Shown: positions 23,144 through 38,071 of the stretch, piece after piece
How the letters are laid out: the number at the start of each line of letters is the position of its first letter
Position numbering within the stretch: the first letter of the stretch is position 1
Assembly (NCBI GenBank): GCA_009914755.4
Contig: CP086569.2
Location: 16,352,001 to 16,416,000 of the forward strand
Direction of reading: 5' to 3'
DNA from: the human T2T-CHM13v2.0 reference genome, Homo sapiens
Length of the DNA: 64,000 nucleotides
Translations under genes and position numbers: made by a program
The notes under the pieces: generated by a model
Seen by the model: the letters and a program-made list of their open reading frames with translations, nothing else
What the model was told of the DNA's origin: nothing
Database searches by the model: none

Positions 23144-23226
23144 ATCGTCACCTGAGAGAGCTGACAAGCTCCATAAATTCTCCCAGCTACCCAAGATTAA
23201 TAACGTTATACTGAAAGGAAGTAATT
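23144..23226 (+). repeat. Copy 2 of the ~89-bp direct repeat
   Basis: See 20784-20872. Confidence 0.7.
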
Positions 23227-23379
23227 ATGAATTTGCCTCCAAATCACTTTTTTAAAATCCACACTCCAAAAATTGACTAACTGTCCTCATAAGTCAGACA
23301 CCACTTATCAGCTTGGTCGCAGCATGGAAAACTCAGAGCTGCCTCTCCTTGATGGCATGCTTCTAAATGCGATAATTAA

Positions 23380-23707
<328 letters not shown>

Positions 23708-24359
23708 AGGAAGGCAATGTTTAATGCCCATTAAGCAAACGCTTGTTATTTTGGTAGGCAGGGCCTCTTTGTCTGCTCACCAAAAAAGATGGATGCTATT
23801 CAATAGTAAAGTAACAAATTAATGCTTAATCACTTATGATTTTTAAAGTTCTGCACACATTTATGGATTCAATAAAGTATCATTTTTCAATGGAATTGTT
23901 AGAACCCCAAATCTCAGTGTCACACAACATACCCTTGTAAAAAACCTGCACATGTACCCACTTAATCTAAAATTTAAAAAGAAAAAAAAATTATTGCTTT
24001 GTAGCCTAAAATGTTAAAAATACAAATACCAGTCTGCCAACTATCAGATCCTGGAGACATCAAATCAAAACTTGTTTGTTAAAGGTGTCATTATGAACAC
24101 CTGGGTTAATAAAGGAAGTACAGGACAAGACACATAAAGGGTGAAGAATAACAGATACTGTTTTAGAGCCTCCCATGAAGGTAACTGTAAGGTGTCAGGA
24201 GAAACACCCTCAGAGCATCGGAAGTGACTCTGCAAAGGACTCCTGGGGTTTGCTCGTCCAGGTCTCACAGTGAACTGGCCTGTCACAGCGCATGTGCATG
24301 CCAACATCACCTACAGGCAGTGGGTTTCAGGTTGTTTACTGACTTAGCTCTGGCCTTCA

Positions 24360-24780
<421 letters not shown>

Positions 24781-25439
24781 AGTGATGATTCTTTTTGTCA
24801 TACCTTTATTCTATTTTCTAAGGGTCCCCTGATATTGGCTTTATCTGTCTATCTTAGAGCAGGCACTTATTAATTCATCCTGCAGTGGTTAGCAAAAACA
24901 GTTAGGGTCTAGCAGAAAAGGAGAGAGGTAAAACTATTACATATATGCATGCTGTAGGGGTGGGCTCAGTACAGATAATGTGTCCTCATGTGCAGAGTGC
25001 TGTCTTCCTCTTGAGTGAGTTCTATTCCCCTGGCCTCGGCTGGCAGATACTCCTTATCATGGGGTGGTTGTAACTTGCAGCAAGGCTTCCTGGAGAGCTT
25101 TTGGGGCTGGGTACCTAACTACAAGCAGAAACCTTGGATTCTAGCATTCCCACTGACCTTTCACCAGTCTAGTCCTTGTGTCTGTAGTGTCTTTTCATAA
25201 ACACAAGCTATTATTGGAGAGATTGGTAGAATATTGGATAGGAAAGTACTGTGAACAACAGTAAGTGCACATGGATTGCATAAGGTCCCTGGGGTTGATT
25301 TATGGATGCTGCTTTGAGAAATGATAGAAATGAGGATATTTATGACAGTTCTCAGATATGACAAGACAGTGAGCTCCCAATCAGCTTGGTCTTCCATTTC
25401 GCTACTTCCCTAGACTCTCGGGGGCATAATTTAGGGACC

Positions 25440-25700
25440 TCCATCAGTTCTTACAGAAGGGATCTTACATCAGTTCCTCCATCAGTTCTGCTTGCAATGA
25501 GCTGAATAGTCCCCCCAAAATCATGTGATTTCCATGACCTCAGAATGTGACCTTTTTTGGAAATAGGGTTATGGCAGATGTAATTAGCAAAGTTAAGATG
25601 AGGTCATACGGGAGTAGGGTAGGCCCCCATCCAATATGACTAGTGTCTTTATCAAAAAAGAGGACACTTGTGGAAACAGGATGTGAAGATGCACAGCATA
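25440..25700 (-). mobile_element. Fragment of the same LTR-like family as 12376-12770, opposite orientation
   Basis: catgtgatttccatgacctcagaatgtgaccttttttggaaatagggttatggcagatgtaattagcaaagttaagatgaggtcatacgggagtagggtaggcccccatccaatatgactagtgtctttatcaaaaaagaggacacttgtggaaacagg is the reverse complement of the ..aaggtcacat..taatcc..cctaatcc.. part. Confidence 0.5.
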
Positions 25701-26695
25701 AATGCCCTATTTTCACAAAGGCAAAAATTCGGGTGATAGATCTATGAGCCAAGGAGTGCTAGCAATCAAATACATGCTTTATATATCCTTGATTGTTTTC
25801 ACATTTGCAGTTTTTATCCAGGTTGATATTCATAAGATATACTTTTGCACAGGTAATCATCTCCAGTTCTGTATTAATCTTAAACCCTAAGACTATTTAT
25901 AATTCCCCAGGAGAAAGCTTCAGAACTCATTGTACAATTTAAGCAATAAATCTGCAAATGCTTAGTAAGACCTCCCTCTGTCTGCTGCTAGACACAAACT
26001 TGTGGACAACAGAAATAAAAAGAAAATGTGGCTTCCCTTGGGAGAATTACACAGTGGATTTAGGGAGACAAGATGTGAATGGCCTCCAAACTAAGATGCA
26101 GAAGGGCAAAATTACTTGCCCAAGATCACGCAAGTAATGACTCACAGAACTGGAATTTAAGTCCCACTGTGCCTGATCTACAGCTAAGGTTTTTACTGTT
26201 TCCTAAGGCACACAGAGTTGGTTACAGTGGATATTGATCATATCACCAATGTAATCTTGCAAATGAAGACATTTCCATTTGTAGAGCATAAGAATGAGAA
26301 TAATCAAATGATTCCGAATGCCTTCCATTCTTTTTGAGATATCAGATTACCAGTTAACTCTTTCAATATTGCAATACCTTTAGCATAAATGGAAGACTAA
26401 CAATTCTACCACCCTGAACAAACCAAAAAGTGGCCTGAGTAACTAACTGTGCAAAACACAAATCAAATTCATTGGCCAGTTTGAAACTATCCCCAAGCCA
26501 CAAGGACGCAGCAGAAGAAAATTCTGCAGTTGAAATTCTTCTTCCTTATTAGGTCAACATTATTATGTTTAGCTGATTTAGGGAATTTGCTTCATCACAA
26601 ATTCAAATCTGGTTCTATTTTAGGCATCAATGACATTTTATAGTTAGGCTCAACCACCAAAAATTCTAGCAATTTCTATTATGGTTTTGAAATAA

Positions 26696-27046
<351 letters not shown>

Positions 27047-29673
27047 TTGACTGGAATTTTTAAAAAATTATTTTACTCTGCCAGTTAAAATTTTACTTCT
27101 TCAAGACAGGAGCTTCTGTGAATCAGGAATGTTACTGATTTGGTCTGATAATTCCAGTGGTTCTTTATGTATAGAGGTATGACACCAGATTAAACTTATA
27201 GTATTTCCACAGTGTTGGGTAATACATGCTGAATATTGATACACATTCCAAATATCTCATCTGAAGCCCTGATAGCTAGGTGTTTTCTGGACTTCAGTTA
27301 TGCATATTTTAGGGAGATAATATATGCCTTTACCTTACCTTCCAAGACATTCTCAGCAGGGAAGGACAACACTCAATAATCAAACATATTAATATTTCTG
27401 CAGAAAAAATATACGAATATTCCTGTCAGTGGGATGCAGGAAGACCACAAGTGGTATAATAAAGTACTTTTTTGTTGCAATGCACTGATAAATTAAATTG
27501 TGTAATGACAGACCATCAATACCCTGGACATTTCCTATTTCTAATGTCAGAAAGAGTCAATTCAAAATAAGTTAAATACCTTTACACATAATTGCAACAT
27601 ACATCTGTGACCTTTGGATTCTTGGATTTTTTTAATAACAGGATGCATGAGGGATGTGATTGGTCTCTCATTTTTTTAAGAAGAGGTTGCATCTCAGGGA
27701 TGTCATTGGTCTCTCTGAGTTGACCATGTATTGATGGCTACAGAATAAGTATGATAAAGGAACCACTTCTTTAAGGACAAAACGGCAATGTGAAAAATGA
27801 CCCTTTAAAAGACTTCTCCCATTGCCATATGCCCTGTGAACCTGGATTTCTCTCAGAGCATTTTCTCTCTAGATGAAAAAATTCTTTTACCTGCTCATTC
27901 TTGAGGCCTACAATAAACACATTACACATTCTAACCCTATCATCTAGGTGAGGGGTTGGCAAACATTTTCTATATAGGACTACTTAGTTAATATTTTCAG
28001 CCTTGTGGAGGATACAGTCAGCTCTGCAATTGTAGTTCAAAATTAGATGTATAAAGGAATGGGCATGGTGTATTTCAATAAATCTTTATTTACAAATACA
28101 GGTGGTAGGCTGGGTTTGTCCATGACCATACTTATGTGACCCCTGTTGCAAGGTTTTTTTTTTTTACTGTCATTCACAATTCCATTATTATTATTATTAT
28201 GCTTATCTATGCTTATCAGTATACAGCAAACATGGAGTTAAAGAACATGCACATCTGCTCTTGATGGAATACAAAATTCCTTGGCCATAAGGTTATGTTA
28301 TATACATTTCATATTGAGGAAAAGAGCAGTACCTAAAACATTTCATTTTTAATGAAGTCTCAAGGAGTGAGGACACTCCAGAAACTATATTGTTTTATGG
28401 TTTTCTGTTAGCCCAGATTGTCTGCTACTGGTTACTTGTTATTAGATTACTCAAAAAATGTTTCTCAGGAAATTCTTATTGGCATGGTGATGAATAGATA
28501 AATTGAATTAACATTTCCATCATCATGGATGTTGGCTTTTTCCAATCATTGACAAATTTACTTTGTGTTTGCCTGGAGCATTGACACAACCAGACCGTCA
28601 ATCTGAGCTTGCAAACATCTCTTCCATTGGCTTTTGTTAGGTGTTATGAATGGAACAAGATGGTTCAGTCTGGGTTTTGATGCTCACTACAACAAAATGG
28701 GCATTACAAAAATCATTTGATTTTCAGGGTGTTTTGTGTCTCAGAATTATGGACAATGGATAGCAGACCCCAATGCCATTTTTAGATCGCAATCATTTTT
28801 AGCCTTGTACAACTGGAACTTCATTTGGAAGGGGCATGCAAATGATAAAAAAAAATGGCCAAGCAAATGATGGTTATGAAGATTATAGAGACTCAAGGGG
28901 ATAAATATGCATACTTATTTTTGAACACACAAATCAGAATGGAGGTTCCTCATAGTAAAGCAGGATTACACTCTTGATCTTCTTCGATCTTCTTTGACTA
29001 TGGTTTGCATTATATATTTTATAGAAAAGACATACTTGCATATAAGTTGTGAGAGTAACAGAAGAACCACCATAAATAGTTACTAGGTATGATTGTTTGA
29101 GTCTGCTGGGTACCATTTCCCTCAACCCCTAAATTTGCCTGTGCTTGTGGCCACTACCACTTTAAGGAGTATTTGATAAGTGGTCTAACACAACATTCCT
29201 AAACCTTGGCACTATTGACACTTGGGAGAAGACCATTCTTTGTTGATTGAGGGTGGGCACTGGGCTACATAATTCTTTTTGGTGGGGGCTGCCCTGTGCA
29301 TTGTAAGATATTTACCAGAATTTCTGCCCTCTGCCTACTGGATACCATTAGCATCCCCCTATTGCAATAACCAAACCTGTTTCTACATATTACTTGCTAT
29401 TCCTAGTGGGGTAAAGTTGCTACTGGGTGAGAACCTATCTAATATTAATTTGCAAAATGGCCTCGGAACATGGGCCTTTAGATTTTCCATTGTGCTGTTT
29501 CATTCTGTAAGTATAGGCTCTTAGTGGCAGTACCACTGTGATAGGCATTGTGACTTAATCCCTTCAGATGTGTTCTTTGTCTTCATTTCTCACTGGGGGG
29601 TTGGTAAGCACTGAGTATCAAGTATGGGTCAAAGAGCTTTCATGCTGATACCTTAAAATATAACTTCTGGGCT

Positions 29674-29945
<272 letters not shown>

Positions 29946-31142
29946 TTATGTCACAAAAAGAGTCATCCAATTGTTCAAACGCACATCCATGCAAACTTGG
30001 TCTCACCTGATGATGTCATGGTGAATGGACAGAAGGGGCAACCCTGCCCAGTGGTTTTGTCATTCCTGCAGTTGGAGGTTAAGGATCAATATTGACAGCA
30101 CACTATTCCATTTCAACAAGAATCTAACATGAAAAGCAATGCTGGAAGATTGATTACAGCTGCAAATACCATCTCTGGGGGGAAAAACATTTTTCTGGGA
30201 CTCTGATTGAATCTCAGAAATTGTTGCTAGAAGCCTAACTTCAATAAAGCAAAATCCACATTTACAGAAATCTATATGGATAGTAATTTTTCTCTAATGT
30301 GATGTTCTCTTCTGAATATTTTTTACCAAGTGGTATTATGCTTTATATTTCAAAGCATAAACAATATATTTATACATTAATAAATTGTTCAAGACCATAT
30401 AGTTGTTTTGTCTAAATGTCAACAAGTTAAAAGAAAAGACTTATTAAGTAGGTTCAAAGCTATATTCCTGGTTTTCTTCTGAGACCATTTTCTATTCATG
30501 TCTAGGACTCTGTATCAGAGGTCAAAAAAAAAACCTATTTCTTAAAAGCTTAGATAGTAAATAAATATTTCCAGCTTTGAGGGGCAAATAGTATCTGTCA
30601 CAACTATTCAATTCTGATATTGCAGCACAAAAGCATTAAGGGAGTGGAGGCAGCTGTGTTCCGATACACTTTGTATTACAGACACTGAAATATGAGTCTT
30701 ACCTACTTTTCACATATCCTAAAATAATATCCCTTTTTCAACCATTTAAGCATGTGAACCTTCTATGAAAACAGGTGTCAGGACAGATTTTTCTTGTGGG
30801 CCATTGTTTGTACATACCCAGCCCTATTCAGAAAATATCTACTGAATGTTTGTTATGGTCAACAAATGAGATATGGTCTCTGCCCTCTTGATCCTTAGAG
30901 CTGTGGAAAGGACAGCTGTCACATGAATACATCAGGAAATAAATGAATCTATTATGCAAGTAGTAATAATTGCTATCTGGGGAAAAAGAGGTGCTATGAT
31001 AGTCAACAGTGGGGGAGCGTGCTTCATATAGGGTAATGATGGAGGGCTTCCTTGCGGCAGTGGTGTAAGCCAAGACATGAGGATGGGTAGGAGTTAGGCA
31101 GAGAGTGGGCAGAAGAAAAGTGGGGAGAGAAATCCCCTAGAA

Positions 31143-31633
31143 CAGCAGTCCTCAACCTTTTTGGCACAAGGGAACATTTTTGTGGAAGACAATTTTTTCC
31201 AAGGGTGGAGATGGTTTGGGGATGATTCAAGTGTGTCACATGTATTGTGCACTTTATTTATATTATTATTACATTGTAATATATAATGAAGTAATTATAC
31301 AACTCACCATAATGTAGAATCAGTGGGAGCCCGGAGCTTGTTCTCCTGCGACTAGACAGGCCCATCTGGAGGTGATTGGAGTGACAGGTCATCAGGCAGT
31401 AGGTTCTCATAAGGAATGTGCAACCTAGATCCCCTGCATGCGCAGTTCACAATAGGGTTTGTGCTTCTATTAGAATCTAATGTTACCACTGATCTGACAG
31501 GAGGCAGAGCTCATGCAATAATGTGTGTGATGGGGAGCAGCTGTGAATACAGATGAAGCTTGGCTTACCTGCCATTCACCTCTGGCTGCACAGTCTGGTT
31601 CCTAAGAGGCCTGGGGGTTGAGAACCCTGCTCT
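31143..31633. mobile_element. Palindromic MITE-like DNA transposon, copy 2 (same family and internal AT-rich module as 22452-22970)
   Basis: cagcagtcctcaacctttttggcacaagggaacatttttgtggaagacaattttttccaagggtggagatggtttggggatgattcaagtg..tgtgcactttatttatattattattacattgtaatatataat..acaactcacc...catcaggcagtaggttctcataaggaatgtgcaacctagatcccctgcatgcgcagttcacaatagggtttgtgcttctattagaatctaatgttaccactgatctgacaggaggcagagctcatgcaataatg...ctgggggttgagaaccctgctctag. Confidence 0.65.
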
Positions 31634-31654
31634 AGTAAAGAAAGAGCTCATGAG

Positions 31655-31935
31655 GCTGGGCACAGTGGCTCACACCTATAATCCCAACATTTTGTCAGGC
31701 TGAGGATCCATTTAATCCAGGAGTTTGAGACCAGCCTGGACATCATAGTGGGAACCTATCTCTACAAATACTACAAAAATTAGTCAGCTGTGGTGCTGCA
31801 GCTGTAGTCCCAGCTACCTGGGAGGCTGAGGGGGAGGATTACTTGAGCCTGGGAATTCAAGGCTGCAGTGAACCATGATCACCCCACTGTCTGGGCAGCA
31901 GAGTGAGACCCTGCATCCAAAAAAATTTTTTTTTT
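31655..31935 (+). mobile_element. Alu SINE
   Basis: ggctgggcacagtggctcacacctataatcccaacattttgtcaggctgagg...ctgggcagcagagtgagaccctgcatccaaaaaaa. Confidence 0.9.
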
Positions 31936-32104
31936 AAAAAAGATCATGTCATTAAGTGTGTCAACATATGATTACCCGGTGTGTGATTATTGATCTTTTG
32001 AATGAATTCACAGGAAGAGCCTGATGCTGTTGATTTGACTCTGCTAAGAGCCCGTCAGTTGCTGAACCTGCACATGGTCATCTCAATAAGTTAAGATCTT
32101 CCTG

Positions 32105-32398
32105 GCCAGGCGCGATGGCTCATGCCTGTAATCCCAGCACTTTGGGAGGCTGGGGCGGGTGGATCATGAGGTCAGGAGTTCGAGATGAGCCTGACCAAAA
32201 TAGTGAAACCCCATCTCTACTAAAAATACAAAAAAATAGCCAGGCATGGTGGCAGGCACCTGTAATCCCAGATACTCAGGAGGCTAAGGCAGGAGAATCA
32301 CTCGAACTGGGGATGTGGAGGATGCATTGAGCTGAGATCGTGATCAAGCCATTGCACTCCAGCCCAGGCAACAGTGTGAGAATCCATCTCAAAAAAGA
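32105..32398 (+). mobile_element. Alu SINE (AluS-like)
   Basis: ggccaggcgcgatggctcatgcctgtaatcccagcactttgggaggctggggcgggtggatcatgaggtcaggagttcgagatgagcctgaccaaaatagtgaaaccccatctctactaaaaatacaaaaaaatagccaggcatggtgg...gcactccagcccaggcaacagtgtgagaatccatctcaaaaaag. Confidence 0.92.
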
Positions 32399-32942
32399 AT
32401 CTTCCTAAGGACAATGGCGCAAGATCGTCTTCAGCTGTTCATAGCATGAGTATGGGAGATGTGTGTGTTTGTATCTTCACTCTGATACTCACATGTTTGA
32501 CTCACTCAGACCATGTCGTCTAAGTCAAATAGTGGTATGCAGTGACCTTCATAATGGTGGTCAGGACACTCTGATATTGCAGGGATGACATGAACATGGT
32601 GCTATTGCCACTATCTTTCATTCAGAAAGAACTTTCCATCAAAGGGTCAAAGGGGAGCATCTGTGGGGCAAATATATTTTTATAGAGAAAGACTGTGCTG
32701 GGCCACTGGGGGCAGCCTGCATAATCTGATGAGAATAAAGAAGTGGCCTGTTATGTGGCAAGTCTAGAGGAATATAGGGGTGGGGTCTTATGAATGATTT
32801 AATGCATCCTTTGGACACTTGAGGTGGCTTTAGTTGAATCAGCAAAGATACAGAACAATGGCATAGTGGGAAAGCTCACAGTACACTTGCTCTCAACTGG
32901 TCTGCTGCTGTAATACCGGAGGGGCAGAATGGGGCCCCTATC

Positions 32943-33450
32943 TGCAGGAGGAGCTCCTCTGCCTTGTGGAGGTGAAGGATGAGGGCATAACCAGGTCTCT
33001 CCCGACAGGAAGAACTCTTCACCCTAGTGGAGTGAGGGCTAATTGCATACCCAGGTTTCTCCCTGCAGGAAAAGCACTTCCCCCTTGTAGAGGTGAAGCC
33101 TGAGGGTGTAACCAGGTCTCTCCCTTCAGGAATAGCCCCTCCTCCTGGGGGAGGTGAAGGCTGAGAGCCTACCTAGGTCCCTGCAAGAAGAGCTCCTCTC
33201 CCTGGCGGAGGTGAAAGCTGAGGGCATAAGCAGGCTTATCCTTGCAGGAGGAGCTCCTCCCCTTGGTGGAGGTGTGGGCACACCCAGGTCCCTCCCTGCA
33301 GGAGGAGCTTCTTCCACTGATGGAGGTGAGGGTTGAGGGCATACCCAGGTCCCTCCCAGCAGGAAGAGCTCCTCCCGCTGGTGAAGGTGAGGGCTGAGGA
33401 GCAGAGCATGGTCCGTCCTTGCAGGAAGAGCTCTTTTCATTGGTGGGAGA
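32943..33450. repeat. Diverged minisatellite, ~9 tandem copies of a ~60-62-bp unit
   Basis: Units of the form gcaggaggagctcctcccc.tggtggaggtgaaggctgagggcatacccaggtccctccct repeated head to tail at about 80% identity between units. Confidence 0.85.
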
Positions 33451-33824
33451 TGAGTGTGCATGGTGAAAGTCTTTGCAGTGGATGAAGGAAACATAGTTTT
33501 AAAAACCTCTGCAGGGAAGAATCCCTGTTATTTCATACCCATTCTTGGACATACCTGCACCCTATGGCACTGTACTATCAAGACACCAAGGGGCACAATA
33601 TTGACCATTCAGAGCATTTTATAGTCCCCCATAGTAGCTGGCTTAGAGTAATGGGCAGGAAGATGTTTTCAGATGTAGTTGGTTCAAATCAGTATGAAAA
33701 GACTCCCAAAGTCAGAAACCTCAAGGCTGGGGATTCCATCCCACATGCTGGCATTATATTCCTAGGGTGCTTTTTCACCACTGTATGCCTTAGTTTCTTC
33801 CTTTGTAAAATGTGACTCAAGGGG

Positions 33825-34135
33825 CCAGTCATGGTGGCTCACGCCTGTAATCCCGGCACTTTGGGAGGCCAAGGCAGCTGGATCACCTGAAGTCAGGGGT
33901 TTGGGACCAGCCTGGCTAACACAGTGAAACCTTGTTTCTACTGAAAGTACAAAAGTTAGCCATGTGTGGTGGCATGTGCCTATAATCCCAGCTACTGGGG
34001 AGGCTGAGGGAGGAGACTTTCTTGAACAGGGAGGTGGAGATTGGAGTGAGCCAATATCAGACAAATGCACTCCAGCCTGGGCACCAGGGCAAGACTCTGT
34101 CTCAAAAAATATAAATAAATAAAAATAAATGGAAA
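33825..34135 (+). mobile_element. Alu SINE with an (AAAT)n-like tail
   Basis: ggccagtcatggtggctcacgcctgtaatcccggcactttgggaggccaaggcagctggatcacctgaagtcagg...gcactccagcctgggcaccagggcaagactctgtctcaaaaaatataaataaataaaaataaat. Confidence 0.9.
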
Positions 34136-34983
34136 AAAATGGATGAATGGCAGTTTCAGAGAGTGCTTATAAAAAGTAAGAGAAGACCTCTGTTTTAGGA
34201 AAAATGTGGTGAAAACCTGGATAATCCTGTGAGCCAGGGAGACTGGAGCTGAAAGCGGGCTTGCAGGGTGATTTAATGATTTTCAGAACGCAGCTTCAGG
34301 GGTTACAGATAGTAGTAGTTATGTGTCAGGGTAGACTTTGCCCTTCAGAGAGAATTTGGTAAAGTTTGGAGACATTTTTGGTCATCAGAACTTTGGAGTG
34401 GGGTGCATGTAGTGGGTGGAGGCCAGGCGTGCCGCTAACCATCCCACGGTGCACCCACAGTTCCTCACAAATCCGAAATGGCGACAAACCCTGCTCACTG
34501 CAACAAGAGGCTTTAACTTAATCTTCTGTTTCTTCCTAGAATAGTCAGTTGTCTTTTACTTTGAGGGATATGAGTCAGAATAAGAATTAAAGAGAACAAA
34601 AGGACAATGACATTTTAGGATTTTTGTTTCTATTAAATTTAAACCCCATAACAGAAGATTCTCTGTCTGGAAGCAATATCCGTGGAGGCTTAAAGCCTCA
34701 GCTTCTACTCATGCCTAACGCTGAGCAGCTTAACAAATTCTTTTTCCCTTGTCATTCCTGTAATTTGTTCTTTAAAAGGATTATGTGTTCCTTTTTTCTG
34801 ATTCAGAAACAAACTTTTTCAGCATTTTAAAGAATAATTTATTTTCTAAAGCCATTGTTAATACACAGGCTGGCTTGAATTTCTGACCTCACTTTCAAGG
34901 TTTTTAGCATCAGCTAAGTAGGGTTTTATTATGATTTATTCCTCTGGAAACTGTACATTTTGCAGAGAAATGCTTTAAGTACC

Positions 34984-35007
34984 TTTTTTTTTTTTTTTTT
35001 TTTTTTT
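34984..35007. repeat. Poly(T) run (~25 nt)
   Basis: accttttttttttttttttttttttttttggtcc. Confidence 0.85.
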
Positions 35008-36213
35008 GGTCCTTGTAATCTACAGGAAAGATTGGCATTCTCTAGACCCAGATAGAAAGGCTCTGAAAAAATTGGCAGACACAGTAGCTAATTAAAAATA
35101 TGCAGCTGAAAGGTTTATGATTAATTCATGATAAACTAATACAGCATTCATTATCCTTTCTTAATGTTCTGAGGTAAAGTGGGAGTGTTGCAGTGGCCGT
35201 TAAAATATTTGTTCTAAATATCTAACAACAGTGTCCACTCTATCTTTACCAGCATAAAGCCATCTTCGTGGAGGTATTTTAATATGCTTCACAATTCAGA
35301 ATTCTGGGTTCTTGCATAGAGAGTATTAAACTCTTTCCCTCCCCTAAATGGATGAAGACTTTGGGGATTGTCAGAAAAACGCTTATATTGTCTGTAGTTT
35401 TCCTGATTTGTGCCCCTCCAAAAAAAAAGAAGGCTTACTGATAGGAAAATATAATTTTATTATGAATTTAGAAAAGAGAATTTCCTTTGTATGACATGCC
35501 ATTTTATTTGAAAGAGCCTATCAGAAGTCTTTTGGCTTAATTTTGCTTAGGCATATACCAGAATAGTGCGTATATTTTTTTTATTCCTTTGATGGTGAAA
35601 AATTTTTTAAAGTGCACTGTAATGCTTAATAAGGCTATGTTAGGGTTGCGAATGTAGATGATAAGAAGCACATTTTAGTATCAAGTTATTAATCCCAACC
35701 ACAAAAATTATTACTGCCTGTTGTGTATCAGAAAAAATAAAGGAGAAAAAGTTAAGCGGTAAATGGGTAGGGGAGATGGAGCAATTTGGAACTTATAGCC
35801 TTAACCATGTGTTGATTGATTATAGGGTTCCTGGAATCATGTATGATGATGAAAAAAAATACAAACTCTGCCAAAATATCTAAAGTGGTTTATTCTGAAT
35901 TGATATGAGTAACTATGGCATAGGGAAACAGTCTCAAGAGGTCTTGAGAGAGTGCACTCAAGTTGGTTGGATTATAGAATTGCAAGTAAAATTGGTTCAG
36001 CCCCAAAACGAGGGATATCTCAAAGTAGAGGCTTCCAAATTATAGGCAGGTTTAGGGATTCTTTGGTGGGCAATTGATTGAAAGAATTAAGTTTCGTCTA
36101 AAGACTTGGAGTCAGTGGAAAGGAATGGTTTAAATAAGGAGCCCTGCGACCTGTCATGTGATGCCATACTAGAGTCAGCTGGGAAAGGAAGCCACATTAT
36201 GCCAGATTAATTA

Positions 36214-36252
36214 AAAACAAAAACAAAACAAAACAAAAAACAACAAAAACAC
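36214..36252. repeat. (CAAAA)n-type simple repeat
   Basis: aaaaacaaaaacaaaacaaaacaaaaaacaacaaaaacac. Confidence 0.8.
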
Positions 36253-38071
36253 GTTTAATGAAATTTCGTGGTTGGCAAGGTATGATTCAGGGACACTACA
36301 CAGGTGTTGTTGTGTCCTTACAGGATTATATCAAGAGGTAGTGAGGGCTGAACTCTGACCTTTTTTTCTTGCTCAACGTCCTTACTAAGGGGCCTAGGGA
36401 TTCATACCTTGCAAATAATGAGATTTCATTAAATGTATTGTTTTTAACTTTTTTAATTTCCCCGAATAAGGAGGGGTAGTTTTGGGAATGGACTGTTGTC
36501 ATCCCTCCTTTAATGTCAAACTGTAAACTAAAATCCTCCCATAGTTGGCTTGGCCTACCCAGAAATGAGCAAGAGAACTTAGCTTGTGACATCAGAAGCA
36601 AGATGGAACCAGTTATGTTAGATTTCTCTCACTGTTGTAATTTTGCAAAGGAATTTTTTCAAATTCCTATTGCTTCATTATGTGATACAGTCATGGATCA
36701 CTTAATGATGGGGATGCATTCTGAGAAATGTACCAACAGTTGATTTTTGTCATTGTGTGAACATCATACAGTGTACTCACACAAACCTACTATATATGTA
36801 GGCTGTATGGCATTACCTATTGCTCCTACACTAAACAACTGGACAGAATGTGCCTGTATTGAATATTGCAAGGAGCTGTAACACAATGATAATTATTTGT
36901 GTATCTAAACGTGTCTAAAAACAGGAGGTACTGTAAAAATATGGAATTATAATCTTATAGGACTACCATTGTATATATGATTCATCATTGCCAGAAACAT
37001 CACCACGTAGTACATGACTGTATTTATAAAATAAGTATGGAGGCTGCAGTGTTGCTTTTCCATGTTGCTTCTTTATGTAGTATTTAGCACATGGGAGATT
37101 TTTGTCAAGAAGTGCAATTAGAACTTGTCTTTGGTAATACCTGTACCACCCTCCAAACTTCTCACCTTCTACTTTCTTTTACCCAAAACAGAGTTCACAT
37201 GACAACATAATCACTGCTGAATACAATCTCTAGAGTTGTCTCAGGATTTATAAACATAGTGATGGATTTCACACTTCCCATTCTTCATGGTTTGTGGAAT
37301 CAGAATTATCACAGGTGCTGTGGCTCTGTGGACTTTTAAATTAGAGCAAGAGCAACAAAGCCTGTCTTGCTTTTTCTTGGCAAGCACACCTTGTCTTCAG
37401 AATTGAGAATAACTTTGTTCTATGTTTTAAATTATAGTGTGTAAAAATGCTTAAGGAATAAAACATTGCATTTATAAGAAGACGTCTTACACAGACACTC
37501 CAGTCAACACTTAATTTGCTACCTTTACCTCCATTCTAGTGAAAGCACTTAGAATGTTTGACTTAATGTGCAGTGCTTGGCAAACTGCTCCTATTGGAAC
37601 CCCCAGGTTCCTCAGGCTGCTCCTGGGAACTTCTTCAGCCACTGGGGGGAATTGTCAGAGATTTAGTTTCACCCTCTTCTATAAGAACAGCACTGATTTT
37701 CATTCTATTAGACATTCTTATGCACAGAAGTTCCTGTGACTAAAAACAATTACAACCACTACTTTATCTACCTGTTCTGTTTTATAACAGCAGGCAACAA
37801 TGAAGCTGAAAGATGTTAAGCTGTTTATGTAAAGACTAGATAAGGTCTGTGTATACCCTCTGCTGCATCTTGGCCATGATTTCTTTAGTTGAATTCCTGC
37901 ATAGGGGAGGAAAAAGTAATTTTCCTCTACCCTTTCTGAGTTCTTATATAGTACAGACCCTTGTAACAAAAGGCAGATAAACGAGAAAACAAGTAGAAGT
38001 TTATTGACATGGATACTTCCTGTTTATCTGCGAAATACCCAAGGAAAATTGACTAAATTTCAAATCTCCCC

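Noticed and set aside
33126-33494. 122-aa minus-strand ORF and 60-aa plus-strand ORF
   Set aside because: Both are by-products of the ~62-bp minisatellite periodicity (a repeating stop-free unit), not an independent gene.
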